A stretch of DNA of 64,000 bases from Pseudogymnoascus verrucosus (taxonomy: Eukaryota). Both the position numbers and the translations under genes were made by a program. Numbering within the stretch: the stretch's first letter is position 1; each line of letters opens with the position of its first letter. This document shows positions 1 to 12,175 of the stretch, piece after piece. The notes under the pieces were generated by a model. That model did no database searches and was not told the origin of the DNA. It worked only from the letters and a program-made list of their open reading frames with translations. The stretch lies in the NCBI GenBank assembly GCA_001662655.1, contig KV460209.1; one strand, 5' to 3'.

Positions 1-24
1 GTGGTGTAGGAGGTGAGGACTTAC

Positions 25-255
25 CCAGTCTAGCAAGGGGATCTTGCGAACATCCTTGTTGAAGCAGCCCCCAATGAGGCCCATTATGTGTGGGAATAGG
101 CCCGGGGAGTGCGCCAAAAGGAGAAATATATTGCGACGGAAGGGTAGGACGTTGATTTTCTCAGCGATATGGGGCGGTGCTGTGGCAGCTTCGACATAAG
201 GGATGAGGCAGGTGTGTCGGAAGGGGTCAGCGTGTGGTTCAGTGGGGGCAGACAT
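25..255 (-). CDS. First exon of an AhpD/carboxymuconolactone decarboxylase-like protein; gene continues beyond the left edge
   Basis: Manual translation from ATG at 255 gives 77 codons, MSAPTEPHADPFRHTCLIPYVEAATAPPHIAEKINVLPFRRNIFLLLAHSPGLFPHIMGLIGGCFNKDVRKIPLLDW, followed by a GTAAGT donor at 24. NIFxxLAHSP resembles AhpD/CMD-family N-termini. Not in the ORF track. Divergent from the P450. Confidence 0.6.
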
Positions 256-1206
256 AATTGTTAGTTTTTCGGAGCTGGATATCGTAATAGAAAAACTGGA
301 TGGGATGGGATGGGCTGAATTGAAACTTGATAAAAATCAGACTCTGATCTCTGAGGAATCATGCAAAGGTAAGAGGGAATAGCCAAATTTATCTGCTGAA
401 CTCGTCTATGCCGAGTGAGATGTCGATTACAAAACGACAAACCACAACATTCCATGGTTCTCTGATCTTTTCCTGTTGCTTCACCGTCACGTAATTCGTA
501 TACCTCGTATACCTTACCCAATTCTCCCTGTCCACCAACACATAAGCCGGATACCTCCATCCCCAGCCCATCCTCCTGACTCCTGTCAGCCTAACTCGCC
601 GCTTACCGAGCAGTACAACTTTACACCGCATCTTGGATACATACGCGTCTAGAAAAGGTACGGAGATAATCATGCATTTGATAATACCTATTTCTAAGCT
701 CGTCGGGCCCTCCCCTGCCTTTCGCTTACCTACGCTCGGAGGTGGGGCCGATATTGGCAAGACGGGAACTCACGAGCGGGAGGGTTCAGCTAAGGGAGTT
801 TCCGTGTGTGGCGTTTCAGGGTTGGTGTGAGGAGTTGGAAGATTCTATTTGTGGGGGCCAGAGTGTGCAGCTGGGATTTTGCGTCGTAGGAGCCAGGGTG
901 TGGAGCGAGGTTCGCCTTGGGTGGCTCAGCTGTGTGTTACGATCGATTCTCAGAGGTAAAGAATGCTAGTTTTGGGAAGAATGCATGTTTTATTTTACAG
1001 AGGGCTGATTTCTCTGTTTAACGATAGCTGAGAAGGATGAGGGCTAGTGCAGAGATGCGGCACATTGGATTTTGTTCAAGAATGGACGAGAGTCCGCGAT
1101 TTTGAAATTGAATCTTCAAGCTCACTGTCTTCTATCCTCAACAACATCTATCTTTTACCTCATTTCATATTCTCAAATCCTGAGCACACCAACAAAGCAC
1201 ACCAAC

Positions 1207-2996
1207 ATGGAAAACTCCACCCCCCCCGCCATCCCCTCCTTCCACTCCACCCTCCTCTCCCTCCCCTCCTCCCTCCACAACAGCTACTCCCACCGCCTCC
1301 CCGCCCTCACCTACCTCTCCCCCCTCCTCCGCCCCTACATCTACGTCCCCCTCCTCGTCACCGCCTACATCCTCTACTACCGCTACCTGACCGGGCTCTC
1401 CCACATCCCCGGGCCCTTCTCTGGCACCTTCAGCAACTTCTGGAAAATCAGCGCAGCATGGCACGAAGAGATGCCCAAACGAAACATCGCCGCGCACCGC
1501 AAGTACGGCCCACTTGTCCGCGTGGGTGCGAATATGATTAGCGTCGACGACCCGGCGGCGATGTCAACTATCTATGGGTTTAAGCCGATTTACTCGAAGA
1601 CGGCATTTTACCCTATTGTCGAGGCGTTGTATAAAGGCAAGCTTCTCGCGAATCTGTTTACCACGCGCTCGGAACAGTATCATGCACGCCTAAAGCGCGC
1701 GTCGGTGACGGCATACTCGATGACTGCACTCGCAGATCTCGAGCCGCACGTGCAGCCCGTGATCGACCTTTTCCTGAAACGCATCGATGAGGTTGGTGCT
1801 GGTGGAACCAAGGCCTTCGATATTGGGTCTTGGCTGCAGTTTTTCACCTTTGATGCGCTAGGAGAGATCAACTTCTCTGAGCAGCTTGGATTCCTGGAGA
1901 CGGGCACCGATGTGGGGAAGAGTATTGGCACGATTGATGGGCTATTGGCATATTTGTCGGTTGTGGGGCAGGCTCCATGGATGCATCGCTTTTTGCTGGG
2001 GAATCCAGTCTTACCGCATGTATTGCCGCTGGAGAGCAGTAACGAGGTTCAGAATGTGAGTCCCCGCCTCCCCCCCATTCAAACAGTTACACAAGCTAAC
2101 ACCCACCAGTTCGCCATCAAAATGATCAACAAACGCAAATCCCCCTCCTCAACCACAAAACCCCACCGCGACATCCTCGCCCGCCTCCTCGAAGTCTCCG
2201 AAAAAGACCCGTCCAAACTAACATTCGAGGAGATCATCGCCCTCACAACCACCAACCTCATCGCCGGCTCCGACTCCACCGCCATCGGCCTCCGCGCAAT
2301 CCTCTACTTCCTCTGCCGCACCCCCCGCGCCTACTCTCGTCTGCAAGCAGAGGTCGACGGCGCCTTCAATAGCGGTGCTCTCACCACCCCTGTCAAATAC
2401 GCTGATGGTACGAAACTGCCTTACCTCAATGCTGTGGTCACTGAAGCGCTGCGCGCCCACGCGGCGACGGGGTTTGTGCTGGAGCGCGAGGTGCCGGAGG
2501 GGGGCGTGACGATCGCGGGGCAGTATATCCCAGCGGGGACGATTGTGGGGGTGAATAGCTGGGTGATGCATGCAAATAAGAGTGTGTATGGGGAGGATGC
2601 GGAGAGTTTCCGACCAGAGAGGTGGTTGGGTGAGGAGAATGAGGGGGAGGCTTGGGAGGAGAGGGTGAGGGAGATGAAGAGATGTAATATGGCTGTGAGT
2701 GGCTCGTTTCGTTTGTGTTGCTGTTTGTTTTTTCTCCTTGGGCGGTTACAGGCACCCATTTTCTATCTTGGTTCGGTGACACAAGGCTAACATACCCCGT
2801 CTAGTTCGGAGCCGGACCTCGCGTTTGCATTGGCCGCAACATCTCCATGATGGAGATCATCAAGTTCATCCCTGCGCTTGTTCGCATGTACGACTTCCGG
2901 CTTGCCGACCCCGAGAAAGAGTGGAAGGTGCTGGGCCACTGGTTTACAAAGCAGAGCGGAATGGATATGATTTTTGTGAAGAGGGTGCATGCTTAA
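1207..2996 (+). CDS. Cytochrome P450 (fungal, pisatin-demethylase/benzoate-hydroxylase-like clan), 3 exons
   Basis: ATG at 1207; N-terminal TM plus PGP hinge; I-helix AGSDST, K-helix EALR, PERW. Introns 2056-2109 and 2695-2804. Last exon starts with the heme motif FGAGPRVCIG and ends at TAA 2994-2996. Confidence 0.95.
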
Positions 2997-5184
2997 ACTT
3001 GAGTGGTTGAGGGTGCCGTTATGTGTGCTGTTTTGGATGTTGGATATTTATTTGTCCTTTTTATATTTCCGTTTCGCTTTCCTTTGCTATGAAATGAGTG
3101 TTAGTGTCGTCGTATAAAATCTCCTTTCTTTCATAACTACAGTCACTAGATTAGAGTTCAGTTAGAATGAAGTGAAATGGTTGTATCAATCACGTTCTAA
3201 TCAGGCACATGCAATAAACTGGTCATAGTCTCACTGTCATATTCGATGATAATCCGCCGATAATGTCGTATACAATCATTGTTGTCGTACTCGTACCGAG
3301 TCATCTTCTCGTCGTGGCAGTCCCCACTGTGTGTCGTTGGTGCCAAGCCACTAAACCAACATGGGTACTGTGACATGCATTAGCGCCACCTGTCACACCA
3401 TGCCACCATTTCCCTTTTCGGCCAACATGGGAAATATAGAGCTCGGCTTGCACCCGAAGAGGCAAGGGATAGATAGAGATTGGGTATTTTGGGCGTGGAG
3501 GTGTATGTGCTGTGTTTGTATTTGCCCGTATTAGGTAACAGACAGAAAGGGAATAAATGTTGGCGTAAGCAGTGTCGTGTTGGAAATGCCTGCTGTGAGA
3601 TCCGAGACGAGGCACACGGGAACACGGCGGCGGGACACAAAGAGACACGAAATAGTGCCACATATGGTGTAAAGTTAGGGTTGCGTGCGCACATATGTTC
3701 GCATCCATCCGTCTGTTTGTCTTAGAGATGCGAAGTTATTCCAAGACACGAGCCGTATTGAAGATTGAAGAACTGTCGTGGTTGACTGTATGTTCGTCGT
3801 AAAGTACGAGCATGCGCTTCTCCCGAGACACGAGGTTGTTAGCTGACGATTCGTGCCGTGGAAGGATAATGCCGCCTTGAGTCGCCTCGTGCCGTGGCTG
3901 TGTCCGCTTCTGTTTCCCGCATCTCGTAAGCACACCTCACCAATTGTACTATACTGTGCCATCTCCACAGAATTCACCATCGTGTCAGGCAAGGCTGATG
4001 CATAAGATAAGCCAGAATAGCGGTGACGTGACGGTGCTCTCTATTGATCCCTATGTGCAACGTTTGCTTTGGAATGTGGTCACACAATGCCGGCCGATTC
4101 CAGGCAGTAATTACGGGAAGGAAGCCAGAATCCAAAATAGCTGGGGTGAGAAAGCGGGAAGGAACAACCCAGAGGCTGTGGGCCAATCCGAGGGAAGGCG
4201 CGACGGACGTACGTGGCGTGCTTTCCTTGCATGCTCGCTGTTACACCGCCACTGCTCCATGCCTGTACGCACCCGATCTGTACTCATCTCGCAAGTAACC
4301 ATCCGTCAGTAGCGCAGCTATGTAAGTAACAAGAAGAAATGTAAGCGCCTCGTCGGCATAAGCCTATAATGGCGCTGAATGCCGTCTTGGGCATCATTAT
4401 GAAACTCGTTCAGCCGTGTTTATCGCTGTCGTGGGGTTTGCCGTATGACAAGCGGCAGCCGCACTAATGCATGTGGCGCCTGCCGTTGTCAGCCAGGATC
4501 TGACTACCGAACACGGGATGACAGGGTTTAGACCGGGGAAGGAACGGGGGATCTCCCATCTCGCCTACCCCTGTTCGAATATCCCTGCTGTGACACGTTG
4601 TTGGGGTTATCAATCAATTTTCATAGACCCCGCCGTTCGTTTTTTTATCTCACTTCAATCTCACCTGCTGTGTGACTCTACCAGCCACACCCTACCCTAT
4701 CCTATCCCAGCCCAGCGTAAGCAACAGAAACAGCAACCATGACCACGGTTCACGGTGTCTGTTTATGGAATGCGAAATGGAAGGAGTAACCGCGAAGGAG
4801 GACGAGGCTGACTGGAAGTACGAAGTATGATTAGAAATCAAACAGGCAGATAATCACACTAAAGGACATAAGATAAGTCACGGGGAGGCTGACCAATACG
4901 CTCGGTGTGAGCGCTGTTACATGTCAGCTACTTGTTACTTACCTGTGGGCTGAAGAAAAATAATGCGGATATCTTTGCTTCTAATAAGGAAGTAAGAGTC
5001 TATGTATGCGTGGTTTACTCTTTCTCTTTCTTTTCCAACTTTCTTCATTGACACACTCTTCCCTGTTTGTTTCCATACTCCCCGTCTCCGTTACTGGTTT
5101 ACTTTTCTCCTCTCTTCCGCCTCCCATTCTCTTTCTCCTTCACCTCTCACCCAATCAACCGCGTCCCCAACACACACTACCAAA

Positions 5185-7114
5185 ATGGCCTCCCAAAACC
5201 CCACCGAAAAATCCTCTATCCACTCCCTCCCCATCCCTGGTGCTGATGCAGACATCGAGCGCGCACATGAACCCGAATCCCCGCCCACCGGACGCCAAAT
5301 TCACGGTTTTCAATGGTTCCTCGTCGTTGTCGCTGTCTTGAGCAGCATGTTCATGTACTCACTCGACGGCACTATTGTGGCTGACCTCGTACCTTCGATC
5401 GCCAACGAGTTCCACGCTGTGCCGCTTCTCCCATGGCTCTCTGTTGGTTTCATGGTCGGTTCCATTGTCACGGTCTTGCCGCTGGGAAAGCTCTACGGAA
5501 AATACAATGCCAAACACCTATATCTTATTTCTGTTGTGATTTTCCTGGCTGCCTCGGCGCTGTGCGGTGCTGCACCAAATATGAGTGCCATGATTGTGGG
5601 CAGAGTATTGCTTGGTATGGCAGGAAACGGAATTTACTTTGGCATTCTGACGCTTCTGAGCGTACACACCGATGATACAGAGCGGCCAATGTACCTCTCG
5701 ATGGTTGGTTTGATCTGGGGTGTTGGCACAGTCCTCGGGCCTGTTGTTGGCGGTGGGTTTGACAAAGTCAATTGGCGATGGGCGTTCTACCTGAATCTCA
5801 GTGAGTTCCTCTCCTCATTTTCAATCTGCGAAGCAACTTCTAACATTCCACAGTAATCGGCGGCCTATTCGCTCCGGTCTACGTCTTCCTCCTCCCCGCC
5901 TTCGACCCGTCTCCGTCTACCTCCTTTGTTGCCCGTGGTAAGAACTTCGACCTTCTCGGCGCCACTCTCTCCATTGCCTCAATCCTCTGCCTTGTCATGG
6001 CCATCAACTTCGGAAATGCCCTATACGCCTGGGACAGCGCCCCCATAATCGTCCTTTTTGTCCTCGCTGGCGTTTTTCTCATCCTCTTCGCCATCCAGCA
6101 GAAACTCGCCCTGTTCACAACAAAATCAGAGCGCATGTTCCCCGCCCACCTCCTCCGTAGCAAGGAAGCTTGTCTTCTCTTTGTCGCGGCCGCTGGATGC
6201 AATGCTGCAGGATTCCTGCCAGTCTATTATATCCCTGTGTACTTCCAGTTCTCCCGTGGTGATAACGCCCTGGAGGCTGCGGTGCGACTGCTGCCGCTGA
6301 TCATCGTGTTGAGTGCGACTATTATGGCGCAGGGGTTCTTCATGAGCAAGCTCGGGTATTATCAGCCTTGGTATCTTGTTGGTGGTGCACTGTTGCTGGT
6401 GGGGGATGTTTTACTTTGTGAGTTTTGCCTCATTTGTCTCACTATTTAGCTAACCATGGCAATAGCACGCATTGATGAGAACACGAATGTTGCCAACATC
6501 TACGGATACGAGATCCTCGTTGCCATCGGCGCCGGTGCCTTCATCCAGGCTGGTTACGCAACTATCCAGACCGTTGTTCCTGCATCTGATACCTCATATG
6601 CCATTGCGTGAGCTTTCCATCACTCCGTCCTCCCACCTACGTCCGCTCACTAACCGCTATCAGCTTTATGATGCTCGCGCAATTCATTGGCATCGTCTTT
6701 GGCCTCTCTATCGGTGGCGCAATCTTCATCAACACCGCCTTATCCTCCCTTCGTTCTCTCTTCCCCCTCCTCTCTGAGGCGGACCTTCGTGTCGTGATCA
6801 GCGGCACCAGTTCAAATGCCATTGAGCTTATTCCTGTGGCGCTCAGGGATGACGCAGTGGCGGCTATTGTAGGTAGTTTGAGAAAGTTGTGAGTCGACCT
6901 CTTGTTCTAAGATTTGATGATGAGATGGGGCTAATGCGACGTGTAGGTTTATCCCTGCGTATGTTGCGGCGGCGGTGGCGCTTGTGGTGTCGGTGTTTAT
7001 CAACGTGAGTTTATCTCCAAACTATGCATTTTTATGTCCTCTCCATGGTTATCAAACTGACACCGACTTCAACAGCGCGGTAAAGCTTTCCATGCCACAA
7101 GGGCGAGCAGCTAA
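5185..7114 (+). CDS. MFS drug:H+ antiporter (DHA2, 14-TM toxin efflux type), 6 exons
   Basis: Motifs LDGTIVA, GKLYG, LCGAAPNMSAMIVGR, GPVVGG, WRWAFYLNL. GT-AG introns at about 5801-5853, 6418-6465, 6608-6663, 6889-6946 and 7005-7075 join the ORF-track fragments. Stop TAA 7112-7114. Confidence 0.92.
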
Positions 7115-7729
7115 CCGGTGGATATATATATGTATGTCATTAATGTGACTTTTTTCAAGGGGAAAAGACGTTGAGAGAAATACAGAGGGGTTTGCAGTAT
7201 TTACTGAGGTTTAAATTTTAAACCTGTGTTGTCGTTTTGCTTTTTATTTATTTATTGCTTCGGCTTTGAGGGATGTGGGAATAGGGAGTTAAAGCGTATA
7301 GAATAAAGAGGTTAAGGATTTACCCATTTGCTTTTTCTATAAACTACTGCAGGAAGCTAGTGAGCAGAAGATAACATTAAAACGGGTCAGGACCAGTGTA
7401 TCGTCAAAGTTGTGGGTAGAGATAATATGAACTATATGTGATTTGCCTAAAAGATCTTAATTATTCAGCGCCTCTCTCATCCCATTTGATTTTATTTCTT
7501 TCAACTACCTTGCTATGAGTTAATAATATGTATGGGGATGTATCCCCGCTCGAAATGGATCAATATTTCGCTCTCATATTTTTAATAATACATCTATATA
7601 GGTTTGCATAGCGATATTACGTTTTGTACTTTGGCAGCTATTTGTAGATATTTTATCAGTGCTAAAGTAGCCATATTTCCTGCGTTTTCTACAGCCTCTT
7701 TTAATTGAAGCTCTAGGGGTATTAAATAT

Positions 7730-8408
7730 GTGACCTGTCAGATTGCTGATGTGATTCTCGAATTACTTGATGGGAAAGAGGTACATAATAACCAATACGA
7801 ATTACAAATCAGCGACTCGACACGCCAAGTTGCGCAAGAGCTGTATAATGATGATGGAATCGACGCCGAGTATATTCACATCTATATTCATTGCATGGAA
7901 AAGATAGACGCGCTGCATAGTGGGAGAGCCGTTCATAGTGACATCAAGCCAGACGTGTTCATGAACTGCGCATCAGTCATGATTGATTTCAGCAGCTCAT
8001 GGTCCTGGGAAGATGGAAAAGACGAGCCGTGCCTTGATCCATTTAGGCGGCGTCAAGGGCCGACGACCTTCGAATCGCGCAGTAAGGGGGAACGAGACGG
8101 CTTTCGGTGGTCAGTGACAAAGTGAGTCTACAAATTCAAGATGCCAGCCATACATTATGCTAATCTAAGCTAGCGAGCATAATGGGGATGATTTATTGAG
8201 TCATCCTAACCCTGGGGTTGTGTATGTGCAAGAGTCTCGATCACATTTCCGCGATCCAACGCTCCGTGATCGCGTTCCATTTCTGCGAGATTGCCCACGT
8301 TGCCAACAAGCCGTGAAGGAAATCATTTCATCAGCAGATATGTCAAAGCTAGAGCAAGCAGAGCGGGAGGCAGAGATGACAACAGTCCAAATAGTCTCTA
8401 CGGAGTAG
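7730..8408 (+). pseudogene. Protein-kinase-like fragment (C-lobe only), probably 5'-truncated
   Basis: ORF contains VILELLDG, LHSGRAVHSDIKPD (catalytic-loop-like) and MIDFS (DFG-like). Probable intron about 8122-8173 links to ORF 8196-8408. The upstream AT-rich sequence has no open frame or ATG start. Confidence 0.5.
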
Positions 8409-9993
8409 CATTCCAATTGAATACTATTCAGGTACACGCAGAGGGATTGGGTTTCCAAAAAAAAAAATGCCATTTCACTATAACCTGGGGGCTTTTTTGT
8501 TTGAGAATAATTCACCTTCATAAGCGAATGGATACCGAACTTGGGATTCTCTTGTCGTTCTGATTCAGCCATTTGTGATGAAGAAGGTTTTGGTGACGTG
8601 ACGTGTAGATCGACGACGTTACGTTTTGCATCCCCCAGAAACAACAAATTAATCGACCACCAGCTTCGCAGCACAGTTGCCAGGCTGCAAGACTGATCTC
8701 CAATATCTCAAACTCCCCACTCCTCAGCTACATCCCACCCGTGCTCCCCCTCCTTCAGCCCCAGCCTCATCGCTATCTCAGCTACGCCCAACCCTTCCCC
8801 GTCCATACTTTAAGTACCGGGAGCCAAGCCTGGCGCCTTCACATTCGTATCCTCAGCACAACCCAAAATTGGTATCTACCCTCCGCCCCTGATCCCTAAC
8901 CGCGCTAATGCGGACTAAGGCGCATGCAGTAGCGTCTATCGATCCTGGGAAGTTGCGTTTGCGCGCGGAAGGAACAGCCGCGAGGTTGGTCGCTACTTCC
9001 TTCAGCTGGTATCAGGCTTGTGCGACGTGTCAGCCTTGACGGTTCGAGTCATCATATCGTGGGTTGTGCCGTGTTTCTATTTTGTTTCGAAACCTTCTTT
9101 CGTTCATTTTGTGTGCCCACGGGGTCCAATTCTGTACAGTCGTACAGACTCCTGCATGGTAGTGGGGGTGGTCGCACAGAGACGGCTGGCCGGAGTCAGT
9201 TTGTAAGCACCGCTCCTCGTTGTTGGGTCACACCGCTACGGCCGTCTCCGCCCCGTCTCTCAGCCGCTGTACGATACGAAGACGGGGTTCGTTCCTGTTT
9301 GGAAATGTGAAGCGAGAAAAACTCCCATTTTAGTTCGAGGCGCAAGACAGCAAGGGCACATGGCATCAGACGGGATGGGATGACCCGGGGATTATAGGTT
9401 ACGCATAATTCCGTAGCCCAGGTCCAGGGGGCTTCTTCTAATGCGGACACCACAATATCTCGGGACACGTCGTGCCTGATCGGAGAAATGCCGCGTGGGA
9501 ACCACGGTGGCTTGGCCCCTGGTTCCTGGCTTGTCCGGGGGTGGGGCAGACGAGGGTTGTCCAGCTCACGCTGAAGATGTTGATTATCTACATGTTTCAT
9601 CATATGGGGCTGTGGCTTGCGAGGCTGGAAGATGGGGGCCGGAGGTGGCGTAGGAAGAGGAGGATTACTGGGACGGAGGATGGAAATGGCGTCTAATATT
9701 AGATAGAAGCCACTGCGCCTCGACTTGGAAGGATGGGTTGCCTTGCCTCGTGTTGGACTGTTTCGTTTACAACGTGAGTGCGTAATGCGAGAGGAATTGG
9801 GCGTAGGACGAGGAGAGTGAGTACATAGAGAGCGCGTTTCGCTGCCATGGGGAGGAGATCATCAAGCAAGTGCTTTCGTTGACTTTATCTTCGCTCTCTT
9901 ATCCCTATTGTCCCCTTTTTCTCCCTTTTCGTTTGGGTTAATTCGCTCCTTTAACCATACCCGCCAAAGGCGAGACGCCACCACTCACCAACA

Positions 9994-12175
9994 ATGAAAC
10001 CGACCACCACTACCACTCTCCTCTCCTTTCTCCCACTCTTTCTGCCCGTCTTCTCTACCCCCGTTTCTACCCGGCACTACGGAAACCCCAAACCCCCAGC
10101 CCGCCTCTTCGGCTCCTCGTTCGGCGTTCCAGGACCCCAAACATTCGACTATGTTATCATCGGCGGCGGCACCGCCGGCCTCGCCCTCGCGAGCCGCCTA
10201 AGTGAGAACCCCAACTGGACAATCGCCGTCGTCGAGGCAGGCGGCTTCTATGAGACGGATAACGGGAACGTGAGCCAGGTTCCGTTATTTGCGAGCATAG
10301 GCTCGGATAAGACGGCCGCTAATTACAACCCGTTGGTTGATTGGGGGTTCATGACTGAGCCACAGACGGTGGGTTACCCCTTTTAACTATCCGTTTGTCT
10401 TGCCGATTTTCGCCCCTATGCGCGGAGTGGTTGCAAGGGTGTATCGTGCTGGCGTCTTCAGTGGAATTATGTGCTGACTTTCTCCTGGAACAGGGTGCTA
10501 ACAATGCCTCTGTGCATTATGCGCGGGGTAAGTGCCTCGGAGGCAGTTCGGCTCGAAACTACATGGCCTACCAACGTGGGACTGTCGAGTCTTTCGATCT
10601 CTGGGCGACGCTTGTGGGCGACAAATCGTACTCCTGGCGCTCCTTCCTGCCCTATCTTCAGAAGAGTGTGCATTTCACACCCCCTCCCGCCGGCAAGCGC
10701 GCCGCCAATGCCACAGCGGCCGTAGATCTTAAGACAATTGGCCTGAACAAGGGGCCGGTCTCCCTGACCTTCTCCAATTATGCCATGGCGATCAGCAGCT
10801 ATGTGCAGAAAGGCTTTGCGGAGATGGGGATCCGACCCACGAACGGCTTCGCGAGTGGCACGCTGAACGGGTCGAGCTACGTGCTCGAGACGATCGATGA
10901 GAGCACGCAGACTCGGGAGAGTTCTGAGACGGCATTTCTGACACCAGCGCTGGGAAGAGATAATTTAATTGTATTTGCGCATACCCTGGCAAAAAAAGTG
11001 TTGTTTGATAGCCAGAAAAGGGCCACAGGTGTGAGTGTAGAGACTGGCGGGAAGGTGTATACGCTCAGTGCGAAGAATGAGATTGTGCTTTCGGCGGGTG
11101 CGTTTCAAAGTCCGCAGCTGCTGATGGTATCGGGCGTTGGACCAAAGGCAACGCTAGATAAATTCAACATTCCTGTGGTGAAGAACTTGCCAGGCGTGGG
11201 GCAGAATATGTGGGTGAGTTTTGACCCTGTGGTGTGGATCAGCAAAGTGCAAGATACTAATTATGGCAGGACCATGTGTTCTTCGGCCCCAGCTATAAGG
11301 TCAATGTTATCACAGGATCAGCAATGGCGAGGCCTGCCTTCGCAAAGAAAGCTGTGACAGACCTTCTTGAAAAGCAATCCGGCATCCTTACCAACTCTGG
11401 TGGTGATTTTTTTGGTAAGTCCACTATTCCCACTTCTCACACCTCACCTAACCCCGCGCAGCATGGGAAAAGCTCCCACCCACCAGCCGTGCTTCCCTAG
11501 CTACCTCCGACCGCAAAGCCCTCGATTCCTTCCCTGCCGACTGGCCCGAACTTGAATACCTCACCGTCGGCGGCTACATGGGGAATAACGTCGATTACAC
11601 CACCGGCCCCTCGGACGGCTCCAACTACGCCACCGTAGTCGCCGCGCTCGTCGCCCCCCTTTCCCGCGGCACCGTTTCCATCCGCTCCAATGACACTTCT
11701 GACGCGCCTCTGATCGATCCGCGCTGGCTGACGCACCCTACAGACGTTGCTGTTGCCATAGTTGCACAGAAGCGGTTAAGGGAGCTGTTTGCGACGAAGG
11801 CGATGAAGGGGGTTGTGCTGGGGGAGAGGGTGTACCCTCCCGCGTCGAAGGGGGTGGAGACCGATGCGCAGTTATTGGCGGAGGTAAGAGCGAGCTTTAA
11901 TACGGTGTGGCACGCGGCGTGTACGTGCAAGATGGGGAAGAAGGAGGACGAGATGGCGGTGGTGGATGGGAAGGCGAGGGTGTTTGGGGTGAAGGGGTTG
12001 AGGGTGGTGGATGCGAGTTCGTTTGCGTTATTGCCGCCGGGGCATCCGGTGAGCGCTATTTGTGAGTATCATTATTTCCTATGTGCTGGAGTTGGTTGAC
12101 TAATGGCGGGTGTGTGTAGATGCATTGGCGGAGAAGATTGCGGATGATATTAAGAAGGATCTGGTGGTTGTTTAG
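9994..12175 (+). CDS. Secreted GMC (glucose-methanol-choline) oxidoreductase, 5 exons
   Basis: Signal peptide; FDYVIIGGGTAG FAD motif; RGKCLGGSSARN; SAGAFQSPQLLMVSGVG; WHAACTCKMG; GLRVVDAS; YALAEKIAD. Introns about 10369-10493, 11214-11269, 11415-11461, 12062-12119. Confidence 0.95.

Noticed and set aside
1072..1206. N-terminal extensions from TTG/GTG or distant starts in the ORF track (P450, MFS 5002, POP4 48716, ERG8 59320)
   Set aside because: Eukaryotic genes; downstream ATGs in good context match the expected family N-termini.
2056..2109. Stop-free 3n introns (P450 54 nt; ALDH 56461-56532, 72 nt) read as coding by the ORF track
   Set aside because: They have canonical donor, branch and acceptor signals and interrupt conserved protein regions, so they are treated as ordinary introns.
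3301..4742. Short overlapping ORFs between the P450 and MFS (likewise 8500-9700, 12250-13400, 14500-15900)
   Set aside because: No recognisable motifs, splice structure or codon bias; consistent with chance ORFs.
1207..12175. Patulin cluster
   Set aside because: The GMC and MFS are of broadly similar families, but no 6-MSA synthase, isoepoxydon dehydrogenase or other pat genes are present.
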